Shown here piece after piece: positions 21,695 to 32,116 of a stretch of 64,000 bases of DNA. A program made the position numbers and the translations under genes. The stretch is from Bacteroidales bacterium. GTDB lineage: Bacteria; Bacteroidota; Bacteroidia; Bacteroidales; Muribaculaceae. Within the stretch, counting starts at the first letter, position 1. Every line of letters begins with the position of its first letter. Below the pieces are notes generated by a model. That model searched no databases, had not been told where the DNA came from, and saw only the letters and a list, made by a program, of their open reading frames with translations. The stretch spans positions 22,143 through 86,142 of the forward strand of contig SUXG01000007.1 of assembly GCA_015061085.1 (NCBI GenBank), written 5' to 3'.

Positions 21695-22555
21695 ATGATA
21701 GAATTTGTTAATGCCAAGCTAAATTTAGGACTCAATATCGTCGGAAAGCGCAGTGACGGATACCACAATCTTGAAACAATTTTTTTGCCCGTAGGACATA
21801 AAAGTAAGAATGTAGAATGTGATAATCCTTTATGCGATATGCTCGAAATCATAAAGTCAAATGACGACAATGACGAATTTATCACTTTTGGCAATTCTAT
21901 TAATTGTCAACCTGAAAAAAACTTGGTCTGGAAAGCATACCAAGCCTTTAAAAATGCTTGTCCGATTGAAATTTCCAAACACAAAATATATCTCGAAAAG
22001 CACTTACCCGATGGAGCCGGCATGGGTGGAGGATCAGCAAATGCGACATTTACCCTCAAACTACTTAATAAACTAAATGACAACATTTTGTCTGACGATA
22101 AAATTTTCAGTATTGCGCTATCATTAGGCGCTGATTGTCCTTTCTTTATTTATAACAGTCCATGCTTTGCCACAGGAATAGGAGAAATACTTGAGCCAAT
22201 AGATCTCGATTTAAATGGCTATTGGATAGCGATTGTAAAGCCCGAAGTCAGTATATCGACAAAAGAAGCTTTTTCCATGATTACACCTAAAAAGCCTATG
22301 ACTGATTTACGAAATTTAGTCAAATTGCCTATTGAGACATGGAAAGAACACATCGTCAATGACTTTGAACACTCAATGTTTAGTTTACATCCCGAAATTA
22401 GCGGCATAAAAAAATGCCTATATGATAATGGTGCAATTTACGCATCAATGACAGGTTCCGGATCAGCATTTTTTGGCATTTTCAGAAGCAAAAAAGATGC
22501 TGAAAACGCTATTAGCAAGTCTGACCACAGGTTTAAATGTGTCGTAGAATTTTAA
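21695..22555 (+). CDS. ispE: 4-diphosphocytidyl-2-C-methyl-D-erythritol kinase
   Basis: AKLNLGL..DGYHNLET, GAGMGGGSAN, GADCPFF, MTGSGS. Confidence 0.96.
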   Translation: MIEFVNAKLNLGLNIVGKRSDGYHNLETIFLPVGHKSKNVECDNPLCDMLEIIKSNDDNDEFITFGNSINCQPEKNLVWKAYQAFKNACPIEISKHKIYLEKHLPDGAGMGGGSANATFTLKLLNKLNDNILSDDKIFSIALSLGADCPFFIYNSPCFATGIGEILEPIDLDLNGYWIAIVKPEVSISTKEAFSMITPKKPMTDLRNLVKLPIETWKEHIVNDFEHSMFSLHPEISGIKKCLYDNGAIYASMTGSGSAFFGIFRSKKDAENAISKSDHRFKCVVEF

Positions 22556-22588
22556 ATAATTACAAAGAACTATATAGCAAAAACTATT

Positions 22589-22603
22589 TGGCACAATATT
22601 TGT
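22589..22603 (+). promoter_or_regulatory. Sigma54-type -24/-12 motif upstream of grpE
   Basis: TGGCAC-AATAT-TTGT versus consensus TGGCAC-N5-TTGC. Confidence 0.55.
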
Positions 22604-22633
22604 GAGCCAAGATGCAAATTTAATTAATATAAG

Positions 22634-23197
22634 ATGAGTAACAACGAGAAAAAATATACAGATGCTGAAGCAACTAACAATGCTGAAGAATTAGCATCCA
22701 ATAACACAGAATCTACACCACTAGAAGAAACTCCGACAACACCGGAGCAACAAATAGCTATGCTTACCGAAGCATTGGATAAAGAGAAAAAAGAATATCT
22801 TTTTCTAATGGCTGAGTTTGACAATTTTCGCAAACGCACGATCAAAGAGAAATCGGAAATTATCAAAAATGCCAAAGGTCAAGTCCTTGAAGAAATACTA
22901 CCTATTGTAGACGACTTCGAACGCGGACTCAAAGCAGCATCCGACACAGAAAATGCTCAAGCTATAAAAGAAGGCATGGATCTTATTTACAATAAATTTA
23001 TTAGCTATCTCGAAAGAAACGGCATCAAAGCGATAGAAAGCGATGGCGTTGAATTTAACGAAGACTTTCATGAAGCTATCACAACAATACCTGCCCCAAA
23101 CGAATCAATGAAGAAAAAAGTCATTGACACAATTCAAAAGGGCTATATGATAAACGACAAAGTTCTACGCTACGCAAAAGTTGTAGTCGGACAATAA
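22634..23197 (+). CDS. grpE: Nucleotide exchange factor GrpE
   Basis: AEFDNFRKRT, LPIVDDFER, QKGY...VLRYAKVVV. Confidence 0.97.
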   Translation: MSNNEKKYTDAEATNNAEELASNNTESTPLEETPTTPEQQIAMLTEALDKEKKEYLFLMAEFDNFRKRTIKEKSEIIKNAKGQVLEEILPIVDDFERGLKAASDTENAQAIKEGMDLIYNKFISYLERNGIKAIESDGVEFNEDFHEAITTIPAPNESMKKKVIDTIQKGYMINDKVLRYAKVVVGQ

Positions 23198-23210
23198 TAT
23201 CAATTAAACA

Positions 23211-24395
23211 ATGGCAGAAAAAAGAGATTACTACGACGTGCTTGGTGTTAGCAAAAGCGCTACAGCAGATGAACTAAAAAAAGCTTATCGCAAAGAAGCT
23301 ATAAAATGGCACCCAGATAAATGGTCAGATAAATCAGAAAGCGAGCAAAAAGCAGCTGAAGAAAAATTTAAAGAAGCAGCTGAAGCATACGATGTGCTCA
23401 GTGATTCGCAAAAACGCGCACGCTACGACCAATTCGGACACGCCGGAATGGATGGTGCAGCCGGAGGAGGATTCGGTGGATTTGGTGGATTTGGTGGAGG
23501 AATGTCTATGGAAGACATTTTTTCTCAATTTGGCGACATTTTTGGTGGTGGTTTTGGCTTCGGCGGATCCCGCGGACAAGCTCGCAAACGCACCAATAGA
23601 GGTTCGGACCTTCGCATCAAAGTAAAAGTAAGCCTTAAGGACATAATGACAGGCGTAGAGAAGAAACTCAAAATTCCACGCTATGTATCAGACCCTCATT
23701 GCAACGGCACAGGAGCAAAAGATGGCACAGCATTTCAAACATGTCCGACTTGTCATGGTTCCGGTGTCGTAACATCGGTTCAGCAGACATTCCTCGGAGC
23801 GATGCAATCACAAACGGTCTGTCATCATTGTGGAGGTGAGGGCAAAATCATCACAGAGCGTTGTTCTCATTGTAATGGAGAAGGCATTGAACGCAAAGAA
23901 GAAATCATCAGCTTCAAAATTCCGGCAGGCGTACAAGACGGCATGACCCTCACCATGCGAGGACAAGGTAATGCTGCTCGACATGGAGGTGTAAATGGCG
24001 ACCTACTCGTATTAATAGAAGAAGAAAAAGACCCGGAATTGATTCGCGATGAAAATGACCTCATCTACAATCTTATGCTCGATTTCCCAACTGCAGCACT
24101 TGGTGGCTCAGTAGAAATTCCGACAGTAGAAGGAAAAGCTAAACTAAAAATCACACCTGGAACACAACCGGGCAAAGTTCTAAGATTAAGAGGTAAAGGT
24201 CTTCCGAAGATGAATAGCTCTATGCGTGGTGATCTATTGGTGAATGTTATGGTATATGTCCCTGAATCATTGACTGATGCAGAGCGTAATGCGATCGAAA
24301 GTTTACGAGGAAATCAAAACATTGAGCCTTCAAAATCTACATCAAGCAGAATTTTCAGTCGCTTGCGCCACATTTTCAGCAAAGACGAAAATTAA
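23211..24395 (+). CDS. dnaJ: Chaperone DnaJ
   Basis: J-domain with HPD, G/F region, CxxCxGxG repeats (first repeat has Asp), C-terminal domain. Confidence 0.98.
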   Translation: MAEKRDYYDVLGVSKSATADELKKAYRKEAIKWHPDKWSDKSESEQKAAEEKFKEAAEAYDVLSDSQKRARYDQFGHAGMDGAAGGGFGGFGGFGGGMSMEDIFSQFGDIFGGGFGFGGSRGQARKRTNRGSDLRIKVKVSLKDIMTGVEKKLKIPRYVSDPHCNGTGAKDGTAFQTCPTCHGSGVVTSVQQTFLGAMQSQTVCHHCGGEGKIITERCSHCNGEGIERKEEIISFKIPAGVQDGMTLTMRGQGNAARHGGVNGDLLVLIEEEKDPELIRDENDLIYNLMLDFPTAALGGSVEIPTVEGKAKLKITPGTQPGKVLRLRGKGLPKMNSSMRGDLLVNVMVYVPESLTDAERNAIESLRGNQNIEPSKSTSSRIFSRLRHIFSKDEN

Positions 24396-24442
24396 AATCA
24401 TAACGAACAAAATCTTCACAACTAAAATTAAGAATAATCTAT

Positions 24443-24472
24443 AAAAGGCGTCTTTTTTCGGCGTCTTTTTTT
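24443..24472 (+). terminator. Intrinsic terminator after dnaJ
   Basis: AAAGGCGTC / GGCGTCTTT stem with G-U pairs and a T7 tract. Confidence 0.6.
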
Positions 24473-24585
24473 CATAAATTAATATTCTCTTTTACTACCC
24501 GTCAAAACAATATGTGCACCCCGATTATTATATAATAATTAATCTACAAAAAATGAAGTAAATTTACACAATATATATTCAGATT

Positions 24586-25527
24586 ATGACAAAAGAGTCA
24601 ACCAACATAAAATCACATGCCTCGATGTGGATTGCACAAATATTGTGGGGATTAAATCCGGCTATTACAAAAATTGTATTTACAGCAGGATTAACACCAT
24701 TATTCGTCTACGATTGCCGAATGATTGGTGCTGCAATTTTGTTTTGGATAGCATCGCTATTTACCAAGCAAGAACGAGTGGAACACTCCGATATGATTCG
24801 CATATTTTTTGCTTCTATGTTAGGCATCATACTAAATCAGGGCATGTTTCTATATGGAGTTCAACTGACATCACCGGTCAATGCATCTATCATCTCCACA
24901 ATATCTCCAATTTTAACGATGTTGTTGGCAGCAATATTTCTTCAAGAACCAATAACAAAAAAGAAAAGTGGTGGCGTCATAATCGGAGGATTGGGTGCCA
25001 TCTTACTCATTACCAACAGCGCTCAGGCCTCCGGCATATCAGGCAATATAATCGGCGACATATTATGTATCTTAGCTCAAACATGCTATTCATGCTATTT
25101 GGTGTTTTTCAAAGGATTAACGATAAAGTATAGTCCTCTGACACTAATGAAATGGATGTTCACATTTTCGGCTCTGAGTTCACTACCTTTCACATACAAT
25201 GAATTTACCAATTTCAATTTTGGCAATATCTCAGACATTGCAATTTATGGTATTTGCTTTATAGTCATCGGTCCGACATTTATCAGCTACTTATTGCTCC
25301 CTATCGGGCAAAAGAATTTAAGACCGACTATCATCAGCTCATACAACTATATCCAACCTATCGTATCGACCATTATTGCGATATCATGGGGTCTTGACAA
25401 TTTCAATATACTGAAAATTGCATCAATATTTTTAATATTCATCGGTGTATTTATGGTCAATCGTAGCAAAAGCAGAGTTCAATTTGAATCAGAACTTGCA
25501 GAAAAAAGCAAAAAAATAATTAATTAA
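24586..25527 (+). CDS. DMT/EamA family transporter
   Basis: Two EamA-like repeats, about 10 TM; ILWG.N and YNYIQPIVS. Confidence 0.9.
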   Translation: MTKESTNIKSHASMWIAQILWGLNPAITKIVFTAGLTPLFVYDCRMIGAAILFWIASLFTKQERVEHSDMIRIFFASMLGIILNQGMFLYGVQLTSPVNASIISTISPILTMLLAAIFLQEPITKKKSGGVIIGGLGAILLITNSAQASGISGNIIGDILCILAQTCYSCYLVFFKGLTIKYSPLTLMKWMFTFSALSSLPFTYNEFTNFNFGNISDIAIYGICFIVIGPTFISYLLLPIGQKNLRPTIISSYNYIQPIVSTIIAISWGLDNFNILKIASIFLIFIGVFMVNRSKSRVQFESELAEKSKKIIN

Positions 25528-25635
25528 TTTCATATCGAAACAAAATAATAAAATTTAACAACAATAAAGATTGTCATCTGCAATTTAATTATTAATTTTG
25601 CAGTCAGAAAAAAAACACAACATATAAATATATAA

Positions 25636-26934
<1,299 letters not shown>

Positions 26935-26956
26935 TTTCCCTAAATAGGCAAAATAT

Positions 26957-26994
26957 TGAGAGTGTCGGCAGAAATGTTGACACTCTCATTTTTT
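26957..26994 (+). terminator. Intrinsic terminator after eno
   Basis: TGAGAGTGTCGGCA-GAAA-TGTTGACACTCTCA followed by T6. Confidence 0.85.
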
Positions 26995-27029
26995 ATACCT
27001 AACTTTGCATCAATAAAAACGCATAATAA

Positions 27030-27890
27030 ATGAAACATATTCTAACATTCATCGCATATTTCTCTATATACTTCTCCATGTCTGCCTTAGTTCCTCAGAG
27101 CATGATGCGCTTTCATTGTGCAGAAGACACAACTGAAATAAATACCATCTTGGCAGAAACAAATAATCATACAGACATAAAATCACTTACTATAAACCTT
27201 GCAAGATATTTTATTGGTCGTAAGTATATGGCGAATACATTAGAGGACGACAAAGAGTACCTGACTATAAATATTCATGAATTTGATTGCGTTACATTTG
27301 TAGAATCAATAATCGCATTGACACAGACTGCTCAACGAAGCCATACGACATGGCGCGATTATGCACAACACCTTGAATCAATAAGATATCGTAAAGGTTC
27401 AATGGATGGTTATAGTTCTCGCCTACACTATATTTCTGATTGGATAGCCGACAACACTTACAGAGGCAACATCAAAGAGATCACTCAAAACTTCGAAGAC
27501 GTAACGACTATGACCAAGACGCTAAACTACATGAGCCGAAATGCCAATAAATATTCGGCGTTAGAAGACAGCTCCAATTTAGCAGAAATCAAGAAGATAG
27601 AAATGGGCTATCGTTCTCACCTCATCCCGTATTTAAAGAAACAATTTTTAGCTAAAAAATCTGTCTGCCAACAACTCAAAGATGGAGACATCATTGTAAT
27701 TCTAAGCAAAACAGAAGGTCTTGATGCTTCTCATGTAGGTTTTATCGCATTTATTGACGACGTCCCTCATATGCTCCATGCATCAACGCTTAATGACAAA
27801 ATAGAACTTGAGCAAGCAGACCTTAACGAATATCTTAAACACAATGCACGCAATGCGCCCGGAGTTCGTATCCTTCGCATTGTTCAATGA
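27030..27890 (+). CDS. DUF1460 / N-acetylmuramoyl-L-alanine amidase-like (NlpC/P60-related) protein
   Basis: FDCVTFVE (Cys), IRYRKG..YSSRLHYISDW, GLDASHVG (His), HAS. Confidence 0.85.
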   Translation: MKHILTFIAYFSIYFSMSALVPQSMMRFHCAEDTTEINTILAETNNHTDIKSLTINLARYFIGRKYMANTLEDDKEYLTINIHEFDCVTFVESIIALTQTAQRSHTTWRDYAQHLESIRYRKGSMDGYSSRLHYISDWIADNTYRGNIKEITQNFEDVTTMTKTLNYMSRNANKYSALEDSSNLAEIKKIEMGYRSHLIPYLKKQFLAKKSVCQQLKDGDIIVILSKTEGLDASHVGFIAFIDDVPHMLHASTLNDKIELEQADLNEYLKHNARNAPGVRILRIVQ

Positions 27891-27917
27891 TAGAAAACTT
27901 TTTACCTCATTCGAAAT

Positions 27918-28457
27918 ATGGCGTCTTCCGACAACAAGAAATGGTTTCCCTTGCGAGTGACTTATAGGCAGGAAATGAAAGTAAAGCATGACCTCGATAG
28001 AAAGAGAATAGAAAGTTTTATACCTATGACATACGTCTATAAAATCAAAGGACAAAGACGCATAAAGGAATTGAAGCCGGCAATACACAACCTTATTTTC
28101 GTTCATATATCAGAAGAGGGTCTTAAGCAATACAAAGATAGTTCTGACCTTCCTATTCGATACATAATGAACCGAGAAACAAACACCCCGGTTTACATAC
28201 CAGACAAAGAGATGACTAATTTCATAGGCATTTCAGGCAGTCATGACGAACAACTGATCTACCTAAATCCGGATCCTCGCAATTGGGAAAAGGGACAACT
28301 TGTCAAAATTATAGGAGGAATTTTCAAAGGTTACTCCGGACGCTTTATGCGTATAAAGGGAGATCGTCGTATAGTGGTAGAAATACCGGGTGTCATTGCT
28401 ATTGCCACAGGATTTATTCATCCGTCCTTATTAGTTCCAATCGAAAATGAAGAGTAA
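27918..28457 (+). CDS. upxY: UpxY-family NusG-like transcription antiterminator
   Basis: WFPLRVTYRQE, PAIHNLIFVH and KOW motif GQLVKIIGGIFKGYSG; precedes glycosyltransferases. Confidence 0.9.
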   Translation: MASSDNKKWFPLRVTYRQEMKVKHDLDRKRIESFIPMTYVYKIKGQRRIKELKPAIHNLIFVHISEEGLKQYKDSSDLPIRYIMNRETNTPVYIPDKEMTNFIGISGSHDEQLIYLNPDPRNWEKGQLVKIIGGIFKGYSGRFMRIKGDRRIVVEIPGVIAIATGFIHPSLLVPIENEE

Positions 28458-29382
28458 TGATAGGACGCCATTGGTCAGTGTATTTGTCGCAACATACAAT
28501 CAGCAAACGTATATACACGATTGTTTGGATGGAATATTGCATCAGACCACTAATTTCGACTACGAAATTATTATTATCGATGATGCCTCGACAGACGATA
28601 ATCCGTCAATAATTCGTGAATACGCCAATCGTTTTCCTGATAAAATCCGACCATTCTTACTTAACGAAAATTATTACCGTAAAGGGAAAAATAAATTTTT
28701 CGAGATTTTTCTCCCAAATGCACGTGGTAAATATGTAGCGTTCTGCGAAGGCGATGACTTTTGGACATTCGACAATAAACTTCAGCGACAAGTTGATTTT
28801 CTTGAATCACATCCTGATTATTCAATGTGTTGCCACAACTTTTCGATTAAAAACGAATCATCATTTCGCAGAAGATTCAAACCATTTGCAATCAGTCGCA
28901 ATTCAAATCTTTCCGCCGAAGAAATAATAGTCGAAAACATGGTGCAAACAGCTACGGTCGTTGCTCGAATTGACAAAATCAAATCAGACTCTGCTCTCAA
29001 ACACGACATCTACAACAATCAATTCAACTTCACTGACATACGTTTCTTTTTGTCATACATAAACTCAGGCAAAGTCTATGGTTTCAATGGCTATTGGAGC
29101 ACCTATCGTATCAACGACAATGGTGTTACTTCGTTAAATTTGAAAACTCGAGTATTCAACAATCATCAACTACTTGACAAAATATGCGAGTGCTATAATA
29201 ACAAGTATGCATATTTAAAATGCCACATCGACTTCCATAAGCAACTTGACTTTTGGACACTGTCACGTCTGCAAAGACAATACACCAAGGCGATTTATCA
29301 TCTTTGCAAAGCTTTTGCCGGAAATCCAAAATTATTTTTAAAGACATACTTCAAACGATATTTTAAATTCAATAGGATATAA
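28447..29382 (+). CDS. Glycosyltransferase family 2
   Basis: PLVSVFVATYN, DDASTD, GKYVAFCEGDDFW. Confidence 0.92.
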   Translation: MKSNDRTPLVSVFVATYNQQTYIHDCLDGILHQTTNFDYEIIIIDDASTDDNPSIIREYANRFPDKIRPFLLNENYYRKGKNKFFEIFLPNARGKYVAFCEGDDFWTFDNKLQRQVDFLESHPDYSMCCHNFSIKNESSFRRRFKPFAISRNSNLSAEEIIVENMVQTATVVARIDKIKSDSALKHDIYNNQFNFTDIRFFLSYINSGKVYGFNGYWSTYRINDNGVTSLNLKTRVFNNHQLLDKICECYNNKYAYLKCHIDFHKQLDFWTLSRLQRQYTKAIYHLCKAFAGNPKLFLKTYFKRYFKFNRI

Positions 29383-29430
29383 TATAGTTTGCAAAAAAAT
29401 CGTTATATTTGCAAAATATAATATTACCCT

Positions 29431-30399
29431 ATGGCTGAATTGATTTCTATAATTATACCAATCTACAACAAACAACGATTTATTAGGAAATGTCTGCAAT
29501 CCGTACTAAATCAGACATATTCTAATACCGAGGTCATTATTATCGACGATTGCAGCACCGACAACAGCTATGACATCTGCAAGCAAGCAGCTGAGGCAGA
29601 CAGCAAAATTCGTTTGTATCGAAATAGCGAAAACATCGGTCACCTACGCACTCGATATATTGGAATTCAAAAAAGCAAAAGCAATTGGATAACTTTTGTA
29701 GATGCTGATGATTGGTTGGAAAATGATGCGATCAGCCGCCTTTATGAAAATGCAATTGATTTGAATGTCGATATGGTGCAAATGCGTCATCAACGTCGTA
29801 TGAAAGGCGTTGCTGTAAAATATTATGAGACTTTTGACAGTCAACTTTGTGGACGAAAAATTTGCAACGATGAATTTTACGACCTGATTTCATACGTCGG
29901 CATGGATAGCCATATCAGTCCTTCATGTTGGGGTAAACTATATAAAACAGAACTTTTAAAAGAAGCTGACAGGCTCAATTTCAATCAATTTTGGGGCGAG
30001 GATCAAATCTTTAATATTAATTATCTTCGTAAAGCTCGATCTTTGGCAATTATTGACTATATCGGATACAATTATCGTTGGGGCGGTGAAACCTCAAACT
30101 ATAAATACACTATGCTTGAGGAATATAAAAATGTGCACAACATGAAACGATTAATGGGGCAAAATATCGATTGCCTCAATCGAGAAATTATTATTCTTCT
30201 ACGCTATCATATCAGACAGTTAATAACCGAATTAGGTTGGACTCCTAAAGCAATCAGTTCTATAATGCAAGATGAAATCAAAGACCCGATATGGAAAAGA
30301 GCCGGACTCGAAGGATCAATCGATGATATCATAGAGCAAGAACATGAAGACGTTCAAAAATCACATTTCAAATACATTGTTAAACGCCTTTTAAAATAA
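29431..30399 (+). CDS. Glycosyltransferase family 2
   Basis: ISIIIPIYN, DDCSTD, FVDADDW, GEDQIFN. Confidence 0.92.
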   Translation: MAELISIIIPIYNKQRFIRKCLQSVLNQTYSNTEVIIIDDCSTDNSYDICKQAAEADSKIRLYRNSENIGHLRTRYIGIQKSKSNWITFVDADDWLENDAISRLYENAIDLNVDMVQMRHQRRMKGVAVKYYETFDSQLCGRKICNDEFYDLISYVGMDSHISPSCWGKLYKTELLKEADRLNFNQFWGEDQIFNINYLRKARSLAIIDYIGYNYRWGGETSNYKYTMLEEYKNVHNMKRLMGQNIDCLNREIIILLRYHIRQLITELGWTPKAISSIMQDEIKDPIWKRAGLEGSIDDIIEQEHEDVQKSHFKYIVKRLLK

Positions 30400-30406
30400 A
30401 TACATT

Positions 30407-31111
30407 ATGAATATTGACATAGACTTAGGATATCAAGGCAATGTAGTTGTATTTGATTTGGATGACACGCTATACAAGGAATGTGACTACGTCGCATCAG
30501 CATATAATGCTATCGACAAGTACATGTCTGAGAATTATAATATCCAAAGTAAAAAATGTCTTGCTACAATGCAGAATGCTTTTAAAAATAAAGCAAATCC
30601 ATTAGACAAATTGTTTGAAATGCTCAGTGATCAACATCCTGACATAAAAACAGATTTTGATACATTGCTCAAAATATATCGATATCACACACCCGATATT
30701 CAACTTGATAAAACAACACTTGACCTACTGTTAAACCTGCAAGTTAACGGAGTTCGGATGGGGATTATCACTGACGGCAGATCATTGAGCCAACGCAACA
30801 AAATCAATGCTTTGGGAATTACTCAATTTTTCTCTCCTCAAGATATAATAATTTCGGAAGAAATCGGTTTTGACAAAAACTCGATTGAACCATTCACCCA
30901 TTTTGTGCATCGCTTTCCAAATGCCAAAGGATTTATCTATATTGGAGACAATCCTGCAAAAGATTTCTACTACCCTAATATATTGGGATGGAAAACAATC
31001 TGCATAAAGGATGATGGACGAAATATTCATTCGCAAAACATCGATTTTCCCATAGAGAAATTGCCTAACATCAGCGTTATGAGTGTTGCTGATGTTCTGT
31101 CTCTTCTTTAA
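30407..31111 (+). CDS. HAD-superfamily hydrolase
   Basis: FDLDDTLY motif I, ITDG motif II, YIGDNPAKD motif IV. Confidence 0.92.
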   Translation: MNIDIDLGYQGNVVVFDLDDTLYKECDYVASAYNAIDKYMSENYNIQSKKCLATMQNAFKNKANPLDKLFEMLSDQHPDIKTDFDTLLKIYRYHTPDIQLDKTTLDLLLNLQVNGVRMGIITDGRSLSQRNKINALGITQFFSPQDIIISEEIGFDKNSIEPFTHFVHRFPNAKGFIYIGDNPAKDFYYPNILGWKTICIKDDGRNIHSQNIDFPIEKLPNISVMSVADVLSLL

Positions 31112-31126
31112 TTATACTACATCTAC

Positions 31127-32104
31127 ATGCAAATACTTTTCTTTATCATATCATTCATGATTCTGATAGTCTCAGAATTGTATTATATTCACCGAGCAAA
31201 AATCCACAATTGGACTTCTGCAAAAAATCAACGTACTGATGGTCATCCTGTTGCCGTTGTCGGAGGAGGATTTATTTTTTACCTTGCCATTGTTCTTTGG
31301 AGTTTGGGTGTGGGGTGGATTTACGATCCTTCGGAAGCGATGTCCGCATTAATGGTCGGTAGTACGATGCTTGCCGCATGTAGTTTTGCTGACGACATTT
31401 TGCAGCTAAAAATATGGATTCGACTTGTCGTTCAATTCATAGCTATTGCATTTCTATGCTTCCAATTGCCATCAATCGACTTCGGTATAGGCATTTGGAT
31501 ATTCTATGTCATTGCAGCCGTTGGATTTGTCAATGCCTACAATTTCATGGACGGAATAAATGGAATTACAGGGCTATACAGTCTCGCTGTTCTTTGCCCA
31601 ATATTATGGTATAATCTTAATATTCACCACTTTATTTCAGGAGCATTAATTCTATTTGCCATAATGGCAATCATAATTTTCTGTTTTTTTAATTGCCGAC
31701 GACGTGCCATTATTTTTGCCGGAGATGTAGGCTCTATCACAATGGGATACATTGTCACTGCATTACTGTCGTTTATGATTTTTACAACCAATGACATAAC
31801 AATCATTGTCTTGGTGATTGTCTATGGAGTTGACACCATTATGACTATCATACGTCGTATCATAGAACGCGAAAACATTTTCCAATCCCACAACAAGCAC
31901 GCTTACCAAATACTAAATCGCATCTTCAAAGTGCCCCAAATGCTCATTTCTTCATGCTATGCAGCAATTCAGACAGCCATAAGCATAGGCTACTTATCAA
32001 TCCCCAAAAGTATGCATTGGCCCTATATTACAATTGTCACAGCATTACTAATAATCATTTGGCTGATTATCACCTTTGCCGGCATCAAAAAGAAAAACTT
32101 ATAA
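31127..32104 (+). CDS. MraY/WecA-family undecaprenyl-phosphate sugar-phosphate transferase
   Basis: SFADD, NAYNFMDGINGI and FAGDVGS motifs; multi-TM. Confidence 0.92.
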   Translation: MQILFFIISFMILIVSELYYIHRAKIHNWTSAKNQRTDGHPVAVVGGGFIFYLAIVLWSLGVGWIYDPSEAMSALMVGSTMLAACSFADDILQLKIWIRLVVQFIAIAFLCFQLPSIDFGIGIWIFYVIAAVGFVNAYNFMDGINGITGLYSLAVLCPILWYNLNIHHFISGALILFAIMAIIIFCFFNCRRRAIIFAGDVGSITMGYIVTALLSFMIFTTNDITIIVLVIVYGVDTIMTIIRRIIERENIFQSHNKHAYQILNRIFKVPQMLISSCYAAIQTAISIGYLSIPKSMHWPYITIVTALLIIIWLIITFAGIKKKNL

Positions 32105-32116
32105 ATATCAAAATAT

